From: Candidatus Woesearchaeota archaeon
GTDB lineage: Archaea > Nanobdellota > Nanobdellia > Pacearchaeales > GW2011-AR1
Assembly: GCA_964608765.1 (NCBI GenBank)
Contig: CAZSPD010000001.1
Location: 147,223 to 211,222, forward strand
Direction of reading: 5' to 3'
Length of the DNA: 64,000 nt
Shown here: positions 8,719 to 18,647 of the stretch, one piece after another
Numbering within the stretch: position 1 is the stretch's first letter
How the letters are laid out: the number at the start of each line of letters is the position of its first letter
Notes under the pieces: generated by a model
What the model was told of the DNA's origin: nothing
The model's input: only the letters and a program-made list of their open reading frames with translations
The model's database searches: none
Translations under genes and position numbers: made by a program

Positions 8719-10199
8719 TACACTAACCTCTTTTCTATTTCTCTTTTTAATTCATCTGCAAAAAATGGTCTTCCATCATACCTTAATATTTTATTTTTAG
8801 GATTAATGAACATTCCTGTATGTTGAGTTATAATTCCTGCTAATTGTCCTGTTGGAGAATTTTCTACAAGGAGTATATTTTTCCTTAGCAGATTATCTCG
8901 TATATTTTCTGGGAAAGGCTCAAGGTATTTAATGTGAATAAACTCTACATCTAGTCCCTTAATTGCATCAAGTATTGCCCCTTTATTAGAACCCCAACTC
9001 ACAACAATATTCTTAGAATTTGGTTCTCCATAAATAAAAAACCTAGAAAATCTTTTTAGTTCTTCTTTTAATTGCTGATGTTTCTTCAACCTTTTATCTA
9101 TATTCTCTTTTATTATTTGAGCATCTTCTGTTGCACTTCCAAAACTATCTTTTTCATAACTATTATATCTTGTAAAAGGAGTAGTATTTTTTATTTTAAT
9201 TATAGAGGATTCTTCATCTAATGTGTAATTACTTTCTGCAAGGTGTTTATCTCCTAAAACTATTGAAGGTATTTTAAATTTCTGAGATAAATAAAATGCT
9301 TCATTTGTCATTTCTTGAGCTTCTTTTGGGTCTCCTGGAGCTGCAACTGTTCTTGAGAATTGTCCGTGTCCAAAATGTATTGCCATATTCAAATCTCCTT
9401 GTGAAGTATAGGTTGCTACCCCTGTTCCTGGACCAGGTCTTTGAGATAAATATACTACAATCGGTATTTCTGCTATACCTGCTAAACTTAGAGACTCAGT
9501 CATTAAATCAAATCCCCCTCCTGAAGTCCCAACCATAACATTTTTTCCCATTATTGAACTACCTAAACCTGCATTAATTACAGCAATTTCATTTTCTAGT
9601 TTTACTGTCTTAACACCTTTAATAGGGGCTAATTCACTAAGTATAGGAGTTGCAGGAGTCATAGGATATGCATAATAAATATCTATATTTGAATTAAGTG
9701 CACCGTTTGTTATTCCAGTATTTCCATTGATAAGATAATTGCTTCTTTTATAATTTCGAATTTTACATAAGTTATTTGTTTCTTCACTATATCCTTTTTT
9801 TGCATTTGCAAGATTTTCACTGAATTTCTTACTCAATTTTTTAAGTCCTTCTTCAAGAAGTTTAAATTCTAAACATAAAAGTTTGAATATTCTTCCTGCA
9901 TAATACATATTCTCTTTAGAATTTTTAAGAATTATTCCCCCAGCATTTAAATTTTTTTTATGAATTTCTTCTGTTTTACTGTCTAAGCACACTAAAATAT
10001 CTATTTTTGAATCATTACTAAAAATAGGTTCATCTGAAAAAGTAAGAATATTAAAATTGTGTCCTCCTCTTATTAGGGATTGATAATCTCTAGAATAAAA
10101 AACATAATTTCCACTTTTTATAAGAGCATTTCCTACAATTTGAGTTAAAACATTTGGTCCTTGCCCTGCTTCACCTCCAATAAGTATATTATATCTCAT
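8718..10199 (-). CDS. 2-oxoacid:ferredoxin oxidoreductase, fused gamma/alpha subunit
   Basis: 493 aa. N-terminal gamma-like IGGEAGQGPNVLTQIVG. Alpha-like YPMTPATPILSELA and GTSGGGFDLMTESLSLAG. Confidence 0.85.
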   Translation of the reverse strand: MRYNILIGGEAGQGPNVLTQIVGNALIKSGNYVFYSRDYQSLIRGGHNFNILTFSDEPIFSNDSKIDILVCLDSKTEEIHKKNLNAGGIILKNSKENMYYAGRIFKLLCLEFKLLEEGLKKLSKKFSENLANAKKGYSEETNNLCKIRNYKRSNYLINGNTGITNGALNSNIDIYYAYPMTPATPILSELAPIKGVKTVKLENEIAVINAGLGSSIMGKNVMVGTSGGGFDLMTESLSLAGIAEIPIVVYLSQRPGPGTGVATYTSQGDLNMAIHFGHGQFSRTVAAPGDPKEAQEMTNEAFYLSQKFKIPSIVLGDKHLAESNYTLDEESSIIKIKNTTPFTRYNSYEKDSFGSATEDAQIIKENIDKRLKKHQQLKEELKRFSRFFIYGEPNSKNIVVSWGSNKGAILDAIKGLDVEFIHIKYLEPFPENIRDNLLRKNILLVENSPTGQLAGIITQHTGMFINPKNKILRYDGRPFFADELKREIEKRLV

Positions 10200-10301
10200 A
10201 TCACCCTCTTTAATGTAGTTAATTTTATATATTGGTATAGTTTTGAGCTGTTATAAACTTTTTTGTATAAAAATGATTAAAAATACTAAATTAATTTATT
10301 G

Positions 10302-10455
10302 TAAAATGGTAAGATTTGCACACTCGAGTAACCATGTTGACGAGGTAGTCGTTCAAATATTACAGGAGATAAAATGGTAAGATTTGCACACTCGAGTAAC
10401 CATGTTGACGAGGTAGTCGTTCAAATATTACAGGAGATAAAATGGTAAGATTTGC
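10302..10455 (+). repeat. Perfect 68-bp tandem duplication (2 full copies plus the genuine 5' end) of the mre11 start region
   Basis: Identical units at 10303-10370 and 10371-10438. The third copy matches for 17 nt (AAAATGGTAAGATTTGC) and then continues as mre11. ATGs lie at 10306, 10374 and 10442 (period 68). Confidence 0.95.
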
Positions 10456-11611
10456 CCACATAGCAGATGTACATCTTGGAGGATGGAAACAACAGCCAAT
10501 GCAGGATTTAAATTTTGAATCTTTTAAAGAAGCTGTAAATATTTGTATAAAGTCAAAATTGGATTTTATTTTATTTGCAGGAGATTTATTTGATTCAGCA
10601 TATCCCCCAATTGAAATACTTAAAGAAACATTTGCACAATTTAGAAGATTAAAAGATGCAGGAATACCTTGTTTTATAATTGCAGGTTCTCATGACTATT
10701 CTGTATCTGGAAAAACATTTTTAGATGTTCTTGAGAAAGCAGGATTTTGTAAAAATGTTTATAATGCAGAGGAAAAAGAAAACTCAATAATCCTTAATCC
10801 AATTGTTTATGGAAATGTTGCAATTTATGGATACCCTGGAAGAAAATCAGGTTTAGAAATAGCTGATTTAAAAAAAATAAGATTTAATGATTCTCCTGGA
10901 TTATACAAAATATTCATGTTACACACCACAATAGATAGAGTTGTTGGAACACTACCTATAGAATCAATAAATCCAGATAAACTACCTCATGCAGATTATT
11001 ATGCATTAGGACACATACACGTCTTTTATAGTGATAAGCGATTTGTTTATCCAGGACCATTATTTCCAAATAATTTTAAGGAACTTGAAGACTTAAAACA
11101 AGGATCTTTTGTAATCATAGATACAGAATCAAACTTTAATATTCAAAGAATAAAATTACCTACAAAACAAATAGAACATTTAGTGATTGAAATAAGTGAT
11201 GCACTAACAGGAACAGAGAAAATAATTTATGAGCTTAATCAAAGAGAACTTAAAGACAAAGTAATCCTGCTTAGGATATACGGGGAATTAAAAAGAGGAA
11301 AAACTTCTGATATAAAATTTTCTAAGATTGAAGAATTTATAAAAAGCAAGGAAGCATACTTTCTTTTAAGGAACACTCACGATTTAATCTCAGAGGAGAT
11401 AGAATTAGAATTTAATATTCCAGAGAAAGATTCTGAAAACATTGAAGAAGAGATAATCAAATCACATTCAGAAGAATATCCTTCTTCTTTTAATGATATA
11501 ATAAATGAATTAATGAATTCTCTTTCAATAGAGAAACAAGAAGGTGAGACAACAGAGACATTCAATAATAGGATTATTCAAGGAACTAAAAAATTCTTTA
11601 AATTACCTTAA
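10442..11611 (+). CDS. mre11: DNA double-strand break repair nuclease Mre11
   Basis: Phosphoesterase motifs FAHIADVHLG, GDLFD, AGSHD and GHIH. Followed by rad50. Confidence 0.9.
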   Translation: MVRFAHIADVHLGGWKQQPMQDLNFESFKEAVNICIKSKLDFILFAGDLFDSAYPPIEILKETFAQFRRLKDAGIPCFIIAGSHDYSVSGKTFLDVLEKAGFCKNVYNAEEKENSIILNPIVYGNVAIYGYPGRKSGLEIADLKKIRFNDSPGLYKIFMLHTTIDRVVGTLPIESINPDKLPHADYYALGHIHVFYSDKRFVYPGPLFPNNFKELEDLKQGSFVIIDTESNFNIQRIKLPTKQIEHLVIEISDALTGTEKIIYELNQRELKDKVILLRIYGELKRGKTSDIKFSKIEEFIKSKEAYFLLRNTHDLISEEIELEFNIPEKDSENIEEEIIKSHSEEYPSSFNDIINELMNSLSIEKQEGETTETFNNRIIQGTKKFFKLP

Positions 11612-11619
11612 TAAATAAA

Positions 11620-13668
11620 ATGAAGTTAAAGAGAATAATTTTAAATAATATACGAAGCTATGAAAAACAAGAGATAGTTTTTCCAGAAGGTTCAGTACTT
11701 CTTTCAGGAGATATTGGCTCAGGTAAGACCTCAGTTCTTTTAGGAATAGAATTTGCTTTATTTGGATTACAGCCTGGACAAAAAGGAACTTCAATTTTAA
11801 GGAATGGACAAGTCCAAGGGGGAGTTGAAATAGAATTTGAAATTGATGGAAAGATAATAATTCTTGAAAGAACTTTAAAAAAAACACGGGCAGTTGGACA
11901 AGATTATTGTTCAATTTCAATAGACGGAGAAAAAAAAGAAATATCTGTGACTGAATTAAAAAGCAAGGTTTTAGAACTTCTAAACTACCCTAAAGAATTT
12001 TCAAAAAAGCAAAATCTTTTGTATAAATTTACAGTGTATACTCCTCAAGAAGAGATGAAACAAATTATACTTGAAAATTCAGAAACAAGAATAAATACTC
12101 TTAGACATGTTTTTGGTATTGACAAATATAAAAAGATAATTGAAAATGCATCTGTTTTAATTTCCAAGGTAAGGGAAGAAAAAAAGATAAAAGATGCACT
12201 CTCCTCTAATCTTGAAAGCGACAAACTAAATATTGAATCTAAAGAAAAAGAACTTTCTGAAAAATCTTATAATCTAATTTCATTTGAAACTAAATTTAGA
12301 GACAAATCTGAAAAAAGAAAAAAGATTCAAGAAGAAAAAGAAGACATATTAAAAAAAATTGAAGAAAAAAGAAAATATCAGCAAGAAATAGAAAAAGTCC
12401 ACATTGCAAAAAATGTTAAAATTGACACAATCCACAACAATTCCCTATCAATCACACATCTTAAATCCCAAATCCAAGAATTAAAAAGCCTAGATTATAA
12501 TGAAAAAGAAGTTTTGGAATTAGAAAAAGAAGTTAGTGATTTAAAATCCAAGAAACACGAATTAAATGAAAAAAACATTAATATAACAGGCTTGATTCAT
12601 GCACTCAACTCTAAAAACTATGATAGTGAAAAGATTAAAGAAAAACTAAAGAACTTAGAAATATGCCCAACTTGCCTTCAAGAAGTTGATTCAGTATACA
12701 AATCAAATGTAGTTAATGAAATGGATTCTAATATTTCCTCTAATAATAATTTAATTAAAGATAATACTGAAAAAAAAGAAGCACTAAGAAACCAAATATT
12801 AAAAATTGATTATGATATTTCATTAAAAGAAAAAAGAATACAAGAAATAAGGATTTTGAAAGTAAAATTACTAGGATTAGAAGATAAACAAAGACAATTA
12901 GAAAACTTAGAAAAAACTAATACTTCTTTAGAAAAGGATTTAGAAATTTTTGACAATCAAATAGAATCCCTAAAACTAAAAGTGTTTGAACTTAATAAAT
13001 TTGATAATTTAAATCAAGAAAAGAATAAGGAACTTGAAGAAGCATTAAGAGAAGAAAAAAATGCAGAAATAAGAGTTGCAGAATTAAAAAGAGAAATAGA
13101 GGTTTTTTCAAGACAAATAAATGAACTGAAAGAGAGGGTTAAAGAGATAGAAGCAATAAAAACTCAAGCACACTATCTTTCTGATTTAGAAGAGTGGCTA
13201 TCAAAAAAATTCATTCCAATAGTTTCTACTGTTGAAAAAAATGTTTTCACTAAACTAAAAATAGAGTTTTCAAAACTTTTCTCTAAATGGTTTTCAATGC
13301 TTGTTTCAGATACATTCAATGTAAGATTAAGTGATGATTTTACTCCAATAGTTGAGCAGCAAGATTATGAAATAGATTATGCTTATCTCTCAGGAGGAGA
13401 AAGAACAGCTATTGCCCTTGCTTATAGACTCGCATTAAATCAAGTAATAAACTCTTTTTTAAGTAAAATAAAAACAAAAGACATAGTTATTTTAGATGAA
13501 CCTACAGACGGATTTTCAGATCAGCAATTAGATAAGATGAGAGAGGTTTTAGAAGAATTAAATGTTTCCCAATTAATCATTGTAAGTCACGAACAAAAAA
13601 TTGAAAGTTTTGTTGATAATGTTATAAAATTCAAAAAAGAAGGGGGAAAGAGTGTTGCTTTTGACTAG
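11620..13668 (+). CDS. rad50: DNA repair ATPase Rad50 (short coiled coil)
   Basis: Walker A GDIGSGKTS, zinc hook CPTC mid-protein, signature LSGGERTAIALA, Walker B IVILDEPT. Long K/E-rich coiled coil. Confidence 0.9.
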   Translation: MKLKRIILNNIRSYEKQEIVFPEGSVLLSGDIGSGKTSVLLGIEFALFGLQPGQKGTSILRNGQVQGGVEIEFEIDGKIIILERTLKKTRAVGQDYCSISIDGEKKEISVTELKSKVLELLNYPKEFSKKQNLLYKFTVYTPQEEMKQIILENSETRINTLRHVFGIDKYKKIIENASVLISKVREEKKIKDALSSNLESDKLNIESKEKELSEKSYNLISFETKFRDKSEKRKKIQEEKEDILKKIEEKRKYQQEIEKVHIAKNVKIDTIHNNSLSITHLKSQIQELKSLDYNEKEVLELEKEVSDLKSKKHELNEKNINITGLIHALNSKNYDSEKIKEKLKNLEICPTCLQEVDSVYKSNVVNEMDSNISSNNNLIKDNTEKKEALRNQILKIDYDISLKEKRIQEIRILKVKLLGLEDKQRQLENLEKTNTSLEKDLEIFDNQIESLKLKVFELNKFDNLNQEKNKELEEALREEKNAEIRVAELKREIEVFSRQINELKERVKEIEAIKTQAHYLSDLEEWLSKKFIPIVSTVEKNVFTKLKIEFSKLFSKWFSMLVSDTFNVRLSDDFTPIVEQQDYEIDYAYLSGGERTAIALAYRLALNQVINSFLSKIKTKDIVILDEPTDGFSDQQLDKMREVLEELNVSQLIIVSHEQKIESFVDNVIKFKKEGGKSVAFD

Positions 13669-13685
13669 TTTGTAGATATAGAAAA

Positions 13686-13727
13686 ATTTATAAAACATCA
13701 TATTTTATCTAGAATATAAATTCTAGA
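13686..13727 (+). promoter_or_regulatory. Putative psmB promoter: TATA-like box plus a perfect palindrome
   Basis: ATTTATAAAA at 13686-13695. TCTAGAAT-ATAA-ATTCTAGA palindrome at 13708-13727, about where transcription would start. ATG at 13751. Confidence 0.4.
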
Positions 13728-13750
13728 TTGATTTTATCTAAAAATCTAAA

Positions 13751-14416
13751 ATGGACGAAGAATTAAAAAAGTCAATATTAAGGACCGGAACAACTATACT
13801 GGGGATTGTTTGTAAAGAAGGAATTGTTATGGCTTCTGATAGACAATCAAGTGCAGGGACAATTGTCATGAATAAGAATTCAGAAAAAACAAAAAAGATT
13901 AATGATTATATTCTTATTTCTGGAACAGGAATGGTATCAGACATTCAAAGAGTTGCAAAACTATTGCCTGCAGAATTAAAACTAAAAGAATTGCGTTCAA
14001 AATCAAGACCTAGTGTGAAACAAGCAGCAAGTTTACTTTCAAATATATCTTATTCAGGTATAAGGCAACCTTCAATGATTCCTCAACAAGCAGGATTTTT
14101 AATTGGAGGATTTGATGAAGATGGAACAGTTGAACTTTACACTGTTGAACCTGCTGGGAGTTTTGTAAAAGTAGATGACTATGATGCTAACTTTGGCTCA
14201 GGAATGCCCTATGTTTTAGGGTTTTTAGAGAGACAATACAAAAAAGATATGTCTATTAAAGATGGAATTGAATTAGCAAAAGAAGCAATTAAGTCCTCAA
14301 CTCAAAGAGATATGGGTTCAGGATATGGAATCGATGTGTTCACAATAACAAAAGAGGGTATTAAAAAAGTAGTTGAACAACAGATTCTTCCAGAATATGT
14401 GAATGAAACAAAATAA
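13751..14416 (+). CDS. psmB: 20S proteasome beta subunit
   Basis: 221 aa. Short propeptide followed by the GTTILGIV active-site Thr region. Confidence 0.9.
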   Translation: MDEELKKSILRTGTTILGIVCKEGIVMASDRQSSAGTIVMNKNSEKTKKINDYILISGTGMVSDIQRVAKLLPAELKLKELRSKSRPSVKQAASLLSNISYSGIRQPSMIPQQAGFLIGGFDEDGTVELYTVEPAGSFVKVDDYDANFGSGMPYVLGFLERQYKKDMSIKDGIELAKEAIKSSTQRDMGSGYGIDVFTITKEGIKKVVEQQILPEYVNETK

Positions 14417-14436
14417 TCTTAATATATTTTTATAAA

Positions 14437-16320
14437 ATGGAAATTTTAAATAAAATTACAGAAAAATTACGTGGAAAAGTAAAAGAAGCGAATTTTGAAG
14501 GGGCAAATATAGTGCTTTACACAGACAATGAGAATTTTTTTAGAGAAGGTGAAGGTGAGATAAAAAAAATAGTTGATGAAATTAAGAAAAGAATAGAGTT
14601 GCGTGCAGACCAAAAAATTCTACCTTCTAAAGAAGCAACTGAGAAAAAAATAAGAGAAATAATTCCTGCAGAAGCTGAAATAACAGAGATTTTATTTGAT
14701 GCTCCAAGAAGTATAGTTGTAATAGAAGCAAAAAAACCAGGATTAGTAATAGGAAAACAAGGTTCTATTTTAGAAGAAATAAGAAAAGAGACACTCTGGG
14801 TACCTCAAGTTCAGCGTTCTCCTGCAATAAAAAGTAAAATAACAGAAAATATACGAGAAGTTCTTTATGACAATAATAATTATAGAAGAAAATTCCTTAA
14901 TGAAATAGGTGAAAAAATCTACAAAGGATGGAACCCAGATAAAATAGAAGAATGGGTAAGATTAAGTTTCCTAGGAGGAGGAAGACAAGTTGGAAGAAGC
15001 TGTTTGCTTTTACAAACACCAAATTCAAATATTCTTTTAGATTGTGGAATTGATGTAGCTTCTTTAGGAAATGATAAATTCCCTTACTTTAATGTTCCTG
15101 AATTTGATATTTCTCAAATAGATGCTATAATTTTAGGACACGCTCATTTAGACCATTCAGGTTTGCTTCCTTATCTTTATAAGATGGGTTATAGAGGACC
15201 AGTATACATGACTGCTCCTACTAGAGATATAGCAGCACTTCTTGCTTTAGATTTTATAGGTGTGGCCTATAAGCAAGCTGCAACTCCTCTATTTAGTTCA
15301 TCAGATATTAAAGAAATGGTAAAGCATAGTATTTGCTTAAATTACAATGAAGTAACTGATGTTACACCTGATATAAGAATAACTTTCTACAATGCAGGAC
15401 ATGTATTAGGTTCAGCACAAGTGCACATTAATATTGGAAATGGGTTACATAATTTTGTATATACTGGAGACATGAAATACGGGAAAACAAGACTTTTAGA
15501 TCCAGCTGTTAATAAATACACTAGAGTAGAATCAATACAAGTAGAATCAACTTATGGGAGTAAAGAAGATCTTTTACCTCCAAGAAAAGACACTGAAAAA
15601 AGATTCATAGATATGATACGTGAAACAATAGAAAAAGGAGGAAAAGTCCTTCTTCCAGAATTAGGATTAGGACACGCTCAAGAAACTATTTTAAGAGTTG
15701 AAGAAGCAATTAGAACAGGAGAACTCCCAAAAATACCAATGTATATTGATGGAATGATTTGGGATATTAATGCTATTCACACAGCTTATCCTGATTTTTT
15801 AAGTGCTAATATACGTTCTTCAATTTTCCAAGATAAAAATCCATTTGTTTCAGATATTTTTGTGAGAGTAGCTTCACCACAAGAAAGAAAACAAGTAATT
15901 GAAGGAGGACCGTGTATAGTAATTGCAACTTCAGGTATGCTTGTAGGAGGAGCTTCTGTAGAGTATTTCAGATATTTTGCAGACAATCCTAATAATTTAA
16001 TAATTTTAAGCTCATATCAAGGCCCAGGTTCTCTTGGAAGAAAATTACAAGATGGAGAAAAATCAGTGCAAATTGAAGCTGAGAGAGGACTACAAGAGAT
16101 TAAAGTGAATATGAGAGTTGAATTATTAACAGGATTAACACCTCACTCTGGAAGAAATGAATTAATTTCTTTTTTCAATAATATGTACCCTAAACCAAAA
16201 AGGATTTTAATAAATCATGGAGAAGTTTCAAAATCACTTGATTTAGCCTCAACTCTTTACAAGTCTCATAGAATTGAAACAACTGTTCCAAGAAATTTAG
16301 AAGTTATTAGATTAAGATAA
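14437..16320 (+). CDS. aCPSF1 (KH-KH-metallo-beta-lactamase-beta-CASP ribonuclease, transcription termination factor FttA type)
   Basis: 627 aa. N-terminal KH region (GLVIGKQGS), GHAHLDHSG MBL motif, C-terminal HSGRNEL and INHGE. Confidence 0.9.
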   Translation: MEILNKITEKLRGKVKEANFEGANIVLYTDNENFFREGEGEIKKIVDEIKKRIELRADQKILPSKEATEKKIREIIPAEAEITEILFDAPRSIVVIEAKKPGLVIGKQGSILEEIRKETLWVPQVQRSPAIKSKITENIREVLYDNNNYRRKFLNEIGEKIYKGWNPDKIEEWVRLSFLGGGRQVGRSCLLLQTPNSNILLDCGIDVASLGNDKFPYFNVPEFDISQIDAIILGHAHLDHSGLLPYLYKMGYRGPVYMTAPTRDIAALLALDFIGVAYKQAATPLFSSSDIKEMVKHSICLNYNEVTDVTPDIRITFYNAGHVLGSAQVHINIGNGLHNFVYTGDMKYGKTRLLDPAVNKYTRVESIQVESTYGSKEDLLPPRKDTEKRFIDMIRETIEKGGKVLLPELGLGHAQETILRVEEAIRTGELPKIPMYIDGMIWDINAIHTAYPDFLSANIRSSIFQDKNPFVSDIFVRVASPQERKQVIEGGPCIVIATSGMLVGGASVEYFRYFADNPNNLIILSSYQGPGSLGRKLQDGEKSVQIEAERGLQEIKVNMRVELLTGLTPHSGRNELISFFNNMYPKPKRILINHGEVSKSLDLASTLYKSHRIETTVPRNLEVIRLR

Positions 16321-16409
16321 TTAATTTACTACTCTATTAATTATTATTTATTTTACTCTCATTATCTTTATTATTTAACCTTTAAAAACCCTAAAACACT
16401 ATATATAAG

Positions 16410-17312
16410 ATGAAACACAACCTTAAAGTAACAATAATTATTCTTGCAATGTTTGTAGTTTCTCAGTTTATTGGATTATATGTTATTGATCACTATAATG
16501 TAAAAGAAAATACTTTACCCTATGGAATGGAGACTCCTCAGGCTGAAAAAGAATCTGACTTTTACACTTCTTTTCTTCCTTCAATTATAATTGCATTTAT
16601 CTTTGCAATAGTGCTCTTAATACTTTTAACTAGGTTTAATTTTAGTTTTATTTTAAAAATTTGGTTTTTTGCAGTAATACTAATAGCAATAGGAATTTTC
16701 TTTAACACATTTTTCCCTAATGAACAATATTTCCCTTATATTGCACTTGTTTTTGCACTTCCTTTAGCACTAATAAAAGTATTTAAAAGAAATTTTTTAA
16801 TCCACAATCTCACAGAATTAGTAGTTTATCCTTCAATTGCAGCAGTGTTTGTTCAACTTCTTAATTTCTGGACAGTTATAGTTTTATTATTCTTAATATC
16901 TATTTATGATATGTGGGCAGTTTGGCGCTCTGGAATAATGCAGAAAATGGCTAAATACCAAATAAATGAATTAAAGATATTTTCAGGATTTTTTGTACCT
17001 TATATCTCTAAAAAAACTAGAATGGAACTTAAGGAAGCTTCAAAATCAAAAGCAAAATCTAAGAATGTTAGAGTAGATATGGCTATTTTAGGTGGAGGAG
17101 ATGTTGTTTTCCCTATTATAACAGCAGGAGTAATGCTTAAACAATTTGGATTTATGCCTGCACTATTAGTCCTTATAGGAGCTACTTTAGGGTTAGGTTA
17201 TCTACTGTTTTTTGCTGAGAAAAAGAAATTTTACCCTGCAATGCCATTTATAACAGCAGGAATATTACTTGGAATTTTAATTTCTTGGATATCTGGAATA
17301 CTTGTTTTTTAG
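16410..17312 (+). CDS. Presenilin/signal-peptide-peptidase family (A22) intramembrane aspartyl protease
   Basis: 300 aa, polytopic. Contains YD (ISIYDMWAVW), GxGD (LGGGDVVFP) and PAL (MPALLV) motifs in the right order. Confidence 0.75.
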   Translation: MKHNLKVTIIILAMFVVSQFIGLYVIDHYNVKENTLPYGMETPQAEKESDFYTSFLPSIIIAFIFAIVLLILLTRFNFSFILKIWFFAVILIAIGIFFNTFFPNEQYFPYIALVFALPLALIKVFKRNFLIHNLTELVVYPSIAAVFVQLLNFWTVIVLLFLISIYDMWAVWRSGIMQKMAKYQINELKIFSGFFVPYISKKTRMELKEASKSKAKSKNVRVDMAILGGGDVVFPIITAGVMLKQFGFMPALLVLIGATLGLGYLLFFAEKKKFYPAMPFITAGILLGILISWISGILVF

Positions 17313-17404
17313 GGCTCTTTTTATTTTTAAACACATCTCAATTGCATAATTTTATTCTATATTTAGGGGTATTGTAACTACTCAACAAATACAACACATA
17401 GAAA

Positions 17405-17414
17405 TATTTATAAA
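17405..17414 (+). promoter_or_regulatory. TATA-like box for the 17436-19894 gene string
   Basis: TATTTATAAA ends 22 nt before the ATG at 17436, a geometry consistent with a leaderless mRNA. Confidence 0.35.
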
Positions 17415-17435
17415 CCCCTAAAGAATAGTAACTTT

Positions 17436-17657
17436 ATGACAAATATTGGCTTACTTCATTATAATAAGATAGTTGAAGAAAATATTGAATCTAGTGATTA
17501 CCATAACGGATTAATAGATTTAATTTGCCTTCAAAGATGGAGATTAGAAGGTGAAACAATAGAGACTGACTTACATTACTTAAAAGGAACTGATTCTTAT
17601 CTTGAATTAAATTTACCTAATTTTAGAAGGTATCTTTCTAAATCACTATTAAATTAA
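17436..17657 (+). CDS. Hypothetical protein (73 aa)
   Basis: ORF with a TATA-like box upstream. Its stop is 1 nt before the next start. No recognisable motif. Confidence 0.45.
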   Translation: MTNIGLLHYNKIVEENIESSDYHNGLIDLICLQRWRLEGETIETDLHYLKGTDSYLELNLPNFRRYLSKSLLN

Positions 17658-17658
17658 A

Positions 17659-18246
17659 ATGGAAAATAAATTAAAATCTAACCCTAAAACAAGAAAAGAC
17701 TATGTTACTGGTTTAGCTCTTGAAAATAAAATTAATGCTGATTTATCTAGTAAATCTAATAATGTTATTCATTTAAATAGGATTCCAAGTTCAATGGAAG
17801 AAGCAGTTTCTTACTCTAAATTTTGGGGAGAGATTTTAGATGAATTTGAAGATAATGTAGACAAGATAGACTTCTTTTATCAGGAAAAAAATAAGCAATT
17901 ACCTCTTTCATCTAAGCAAAAATTCCTTAAATCAATTGGATTTAAAGTAAATCCTAAAATGCAAGAAGGTGAAGTAAAATACACTACTGTTAGTCCTTTG
18001 TGTATAAGGGAAGTTAGTAAATTTAATGAAAATAGCTTGGTTAAAATGATTACTGAAGAAAAAGAATGGAACAGATTAAATGCTCTTTCAAGAGAAACAA
18101 ATGATTTCCATGCTCCTTTTGCTCTTTTACCTAAAAACCTGTGTTATCACGTGAATGTTCCTTTAGAATGTATAGAAAAAATAACATTTGATCAATATGA
18201 TTTTCTAAATCAAGAATATAAATCTGAAAATAAAAACAAAAAATAA
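17659..18246 (+). CDS. Hypothetical protein (195 aa)
   Basis: Tightly coupled ORF with no recognisable motif. Confidence 0.5.
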   Translation: MENKLKSNPKTRKDYVTGLALENKINADLSSKSNNVIHLNRIPSSMEEAVSYSKFWGEILDEFEDNVDKIDFFYQEKNKQLPLSSKQKFLKSIGFKVNPKMQEGEVKYTTVSPLCIREVSKFNENSLVKMITEEKEWNRLNALSRETNDFHAPFALLPKNLCYHVNVPLECIEKITFDQYDFLNQEYKSENKNKK

Positions 18247-18247
18247 A

Positions 18248-18646
18248 ATGGAAAATAAAACTAAACCAGAAGAAATAATTGAAGAATACAACTTAATTAT
18301 AGAAAGATATAATTTAATTAATAATTACTATAATAAGAAAGAAGATGAGAATTATCTGAATATTGATAGAATTTATCCTAACAAAGACTTTTTATTTAAA
18401 ATAAAACAATTTTGTTCTGAAGAAGCATATAAGATATTGAATCTTGAAAACCTACCTCATAAAGATAAAAATAATCTTTCAAAAAAACTCCTTAATCTTA
18501 GAGAGGATTTCCATAAAACTATAGACAAAGGAGTTGAGTTTCATATTAAAGAACTTGATGAAATAAAGAAAAAGAAAGTCTTAGATGAAATAGAGTATTT
18601 TAATCAAAATTTAATGAATGATTTAAATGGGGGCTTTTTTATTTAA
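18248..18646 (+). CDS. Hypothetical coiled-coil-like protein (132 aa)
   Basis: Tightly coupled ORF, K/E/N-rich. Confidence 0.5.
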   Translation: MENKTKPEEIIEEYNLIIERYNLINNYYNKKEDENYLNIDRIYPNKDFLFKIKQFCSEEAYKILNLENLPHKDKNNLSKKLLNLREDFHKTIDKGVEFHIKELDEIKKKKVLDEIEYFNQNLMNDLNGGFFI

Positions 18647-18647
18647 A

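Noticed and set aside
10302-10455. Possible CRISPR array (also considered for 63333-63527)
   Set aside because: There are only 2-3 units. The segments that would be spacers are identical between units, the repeats include gene 5' ends, and no cas genes are present.
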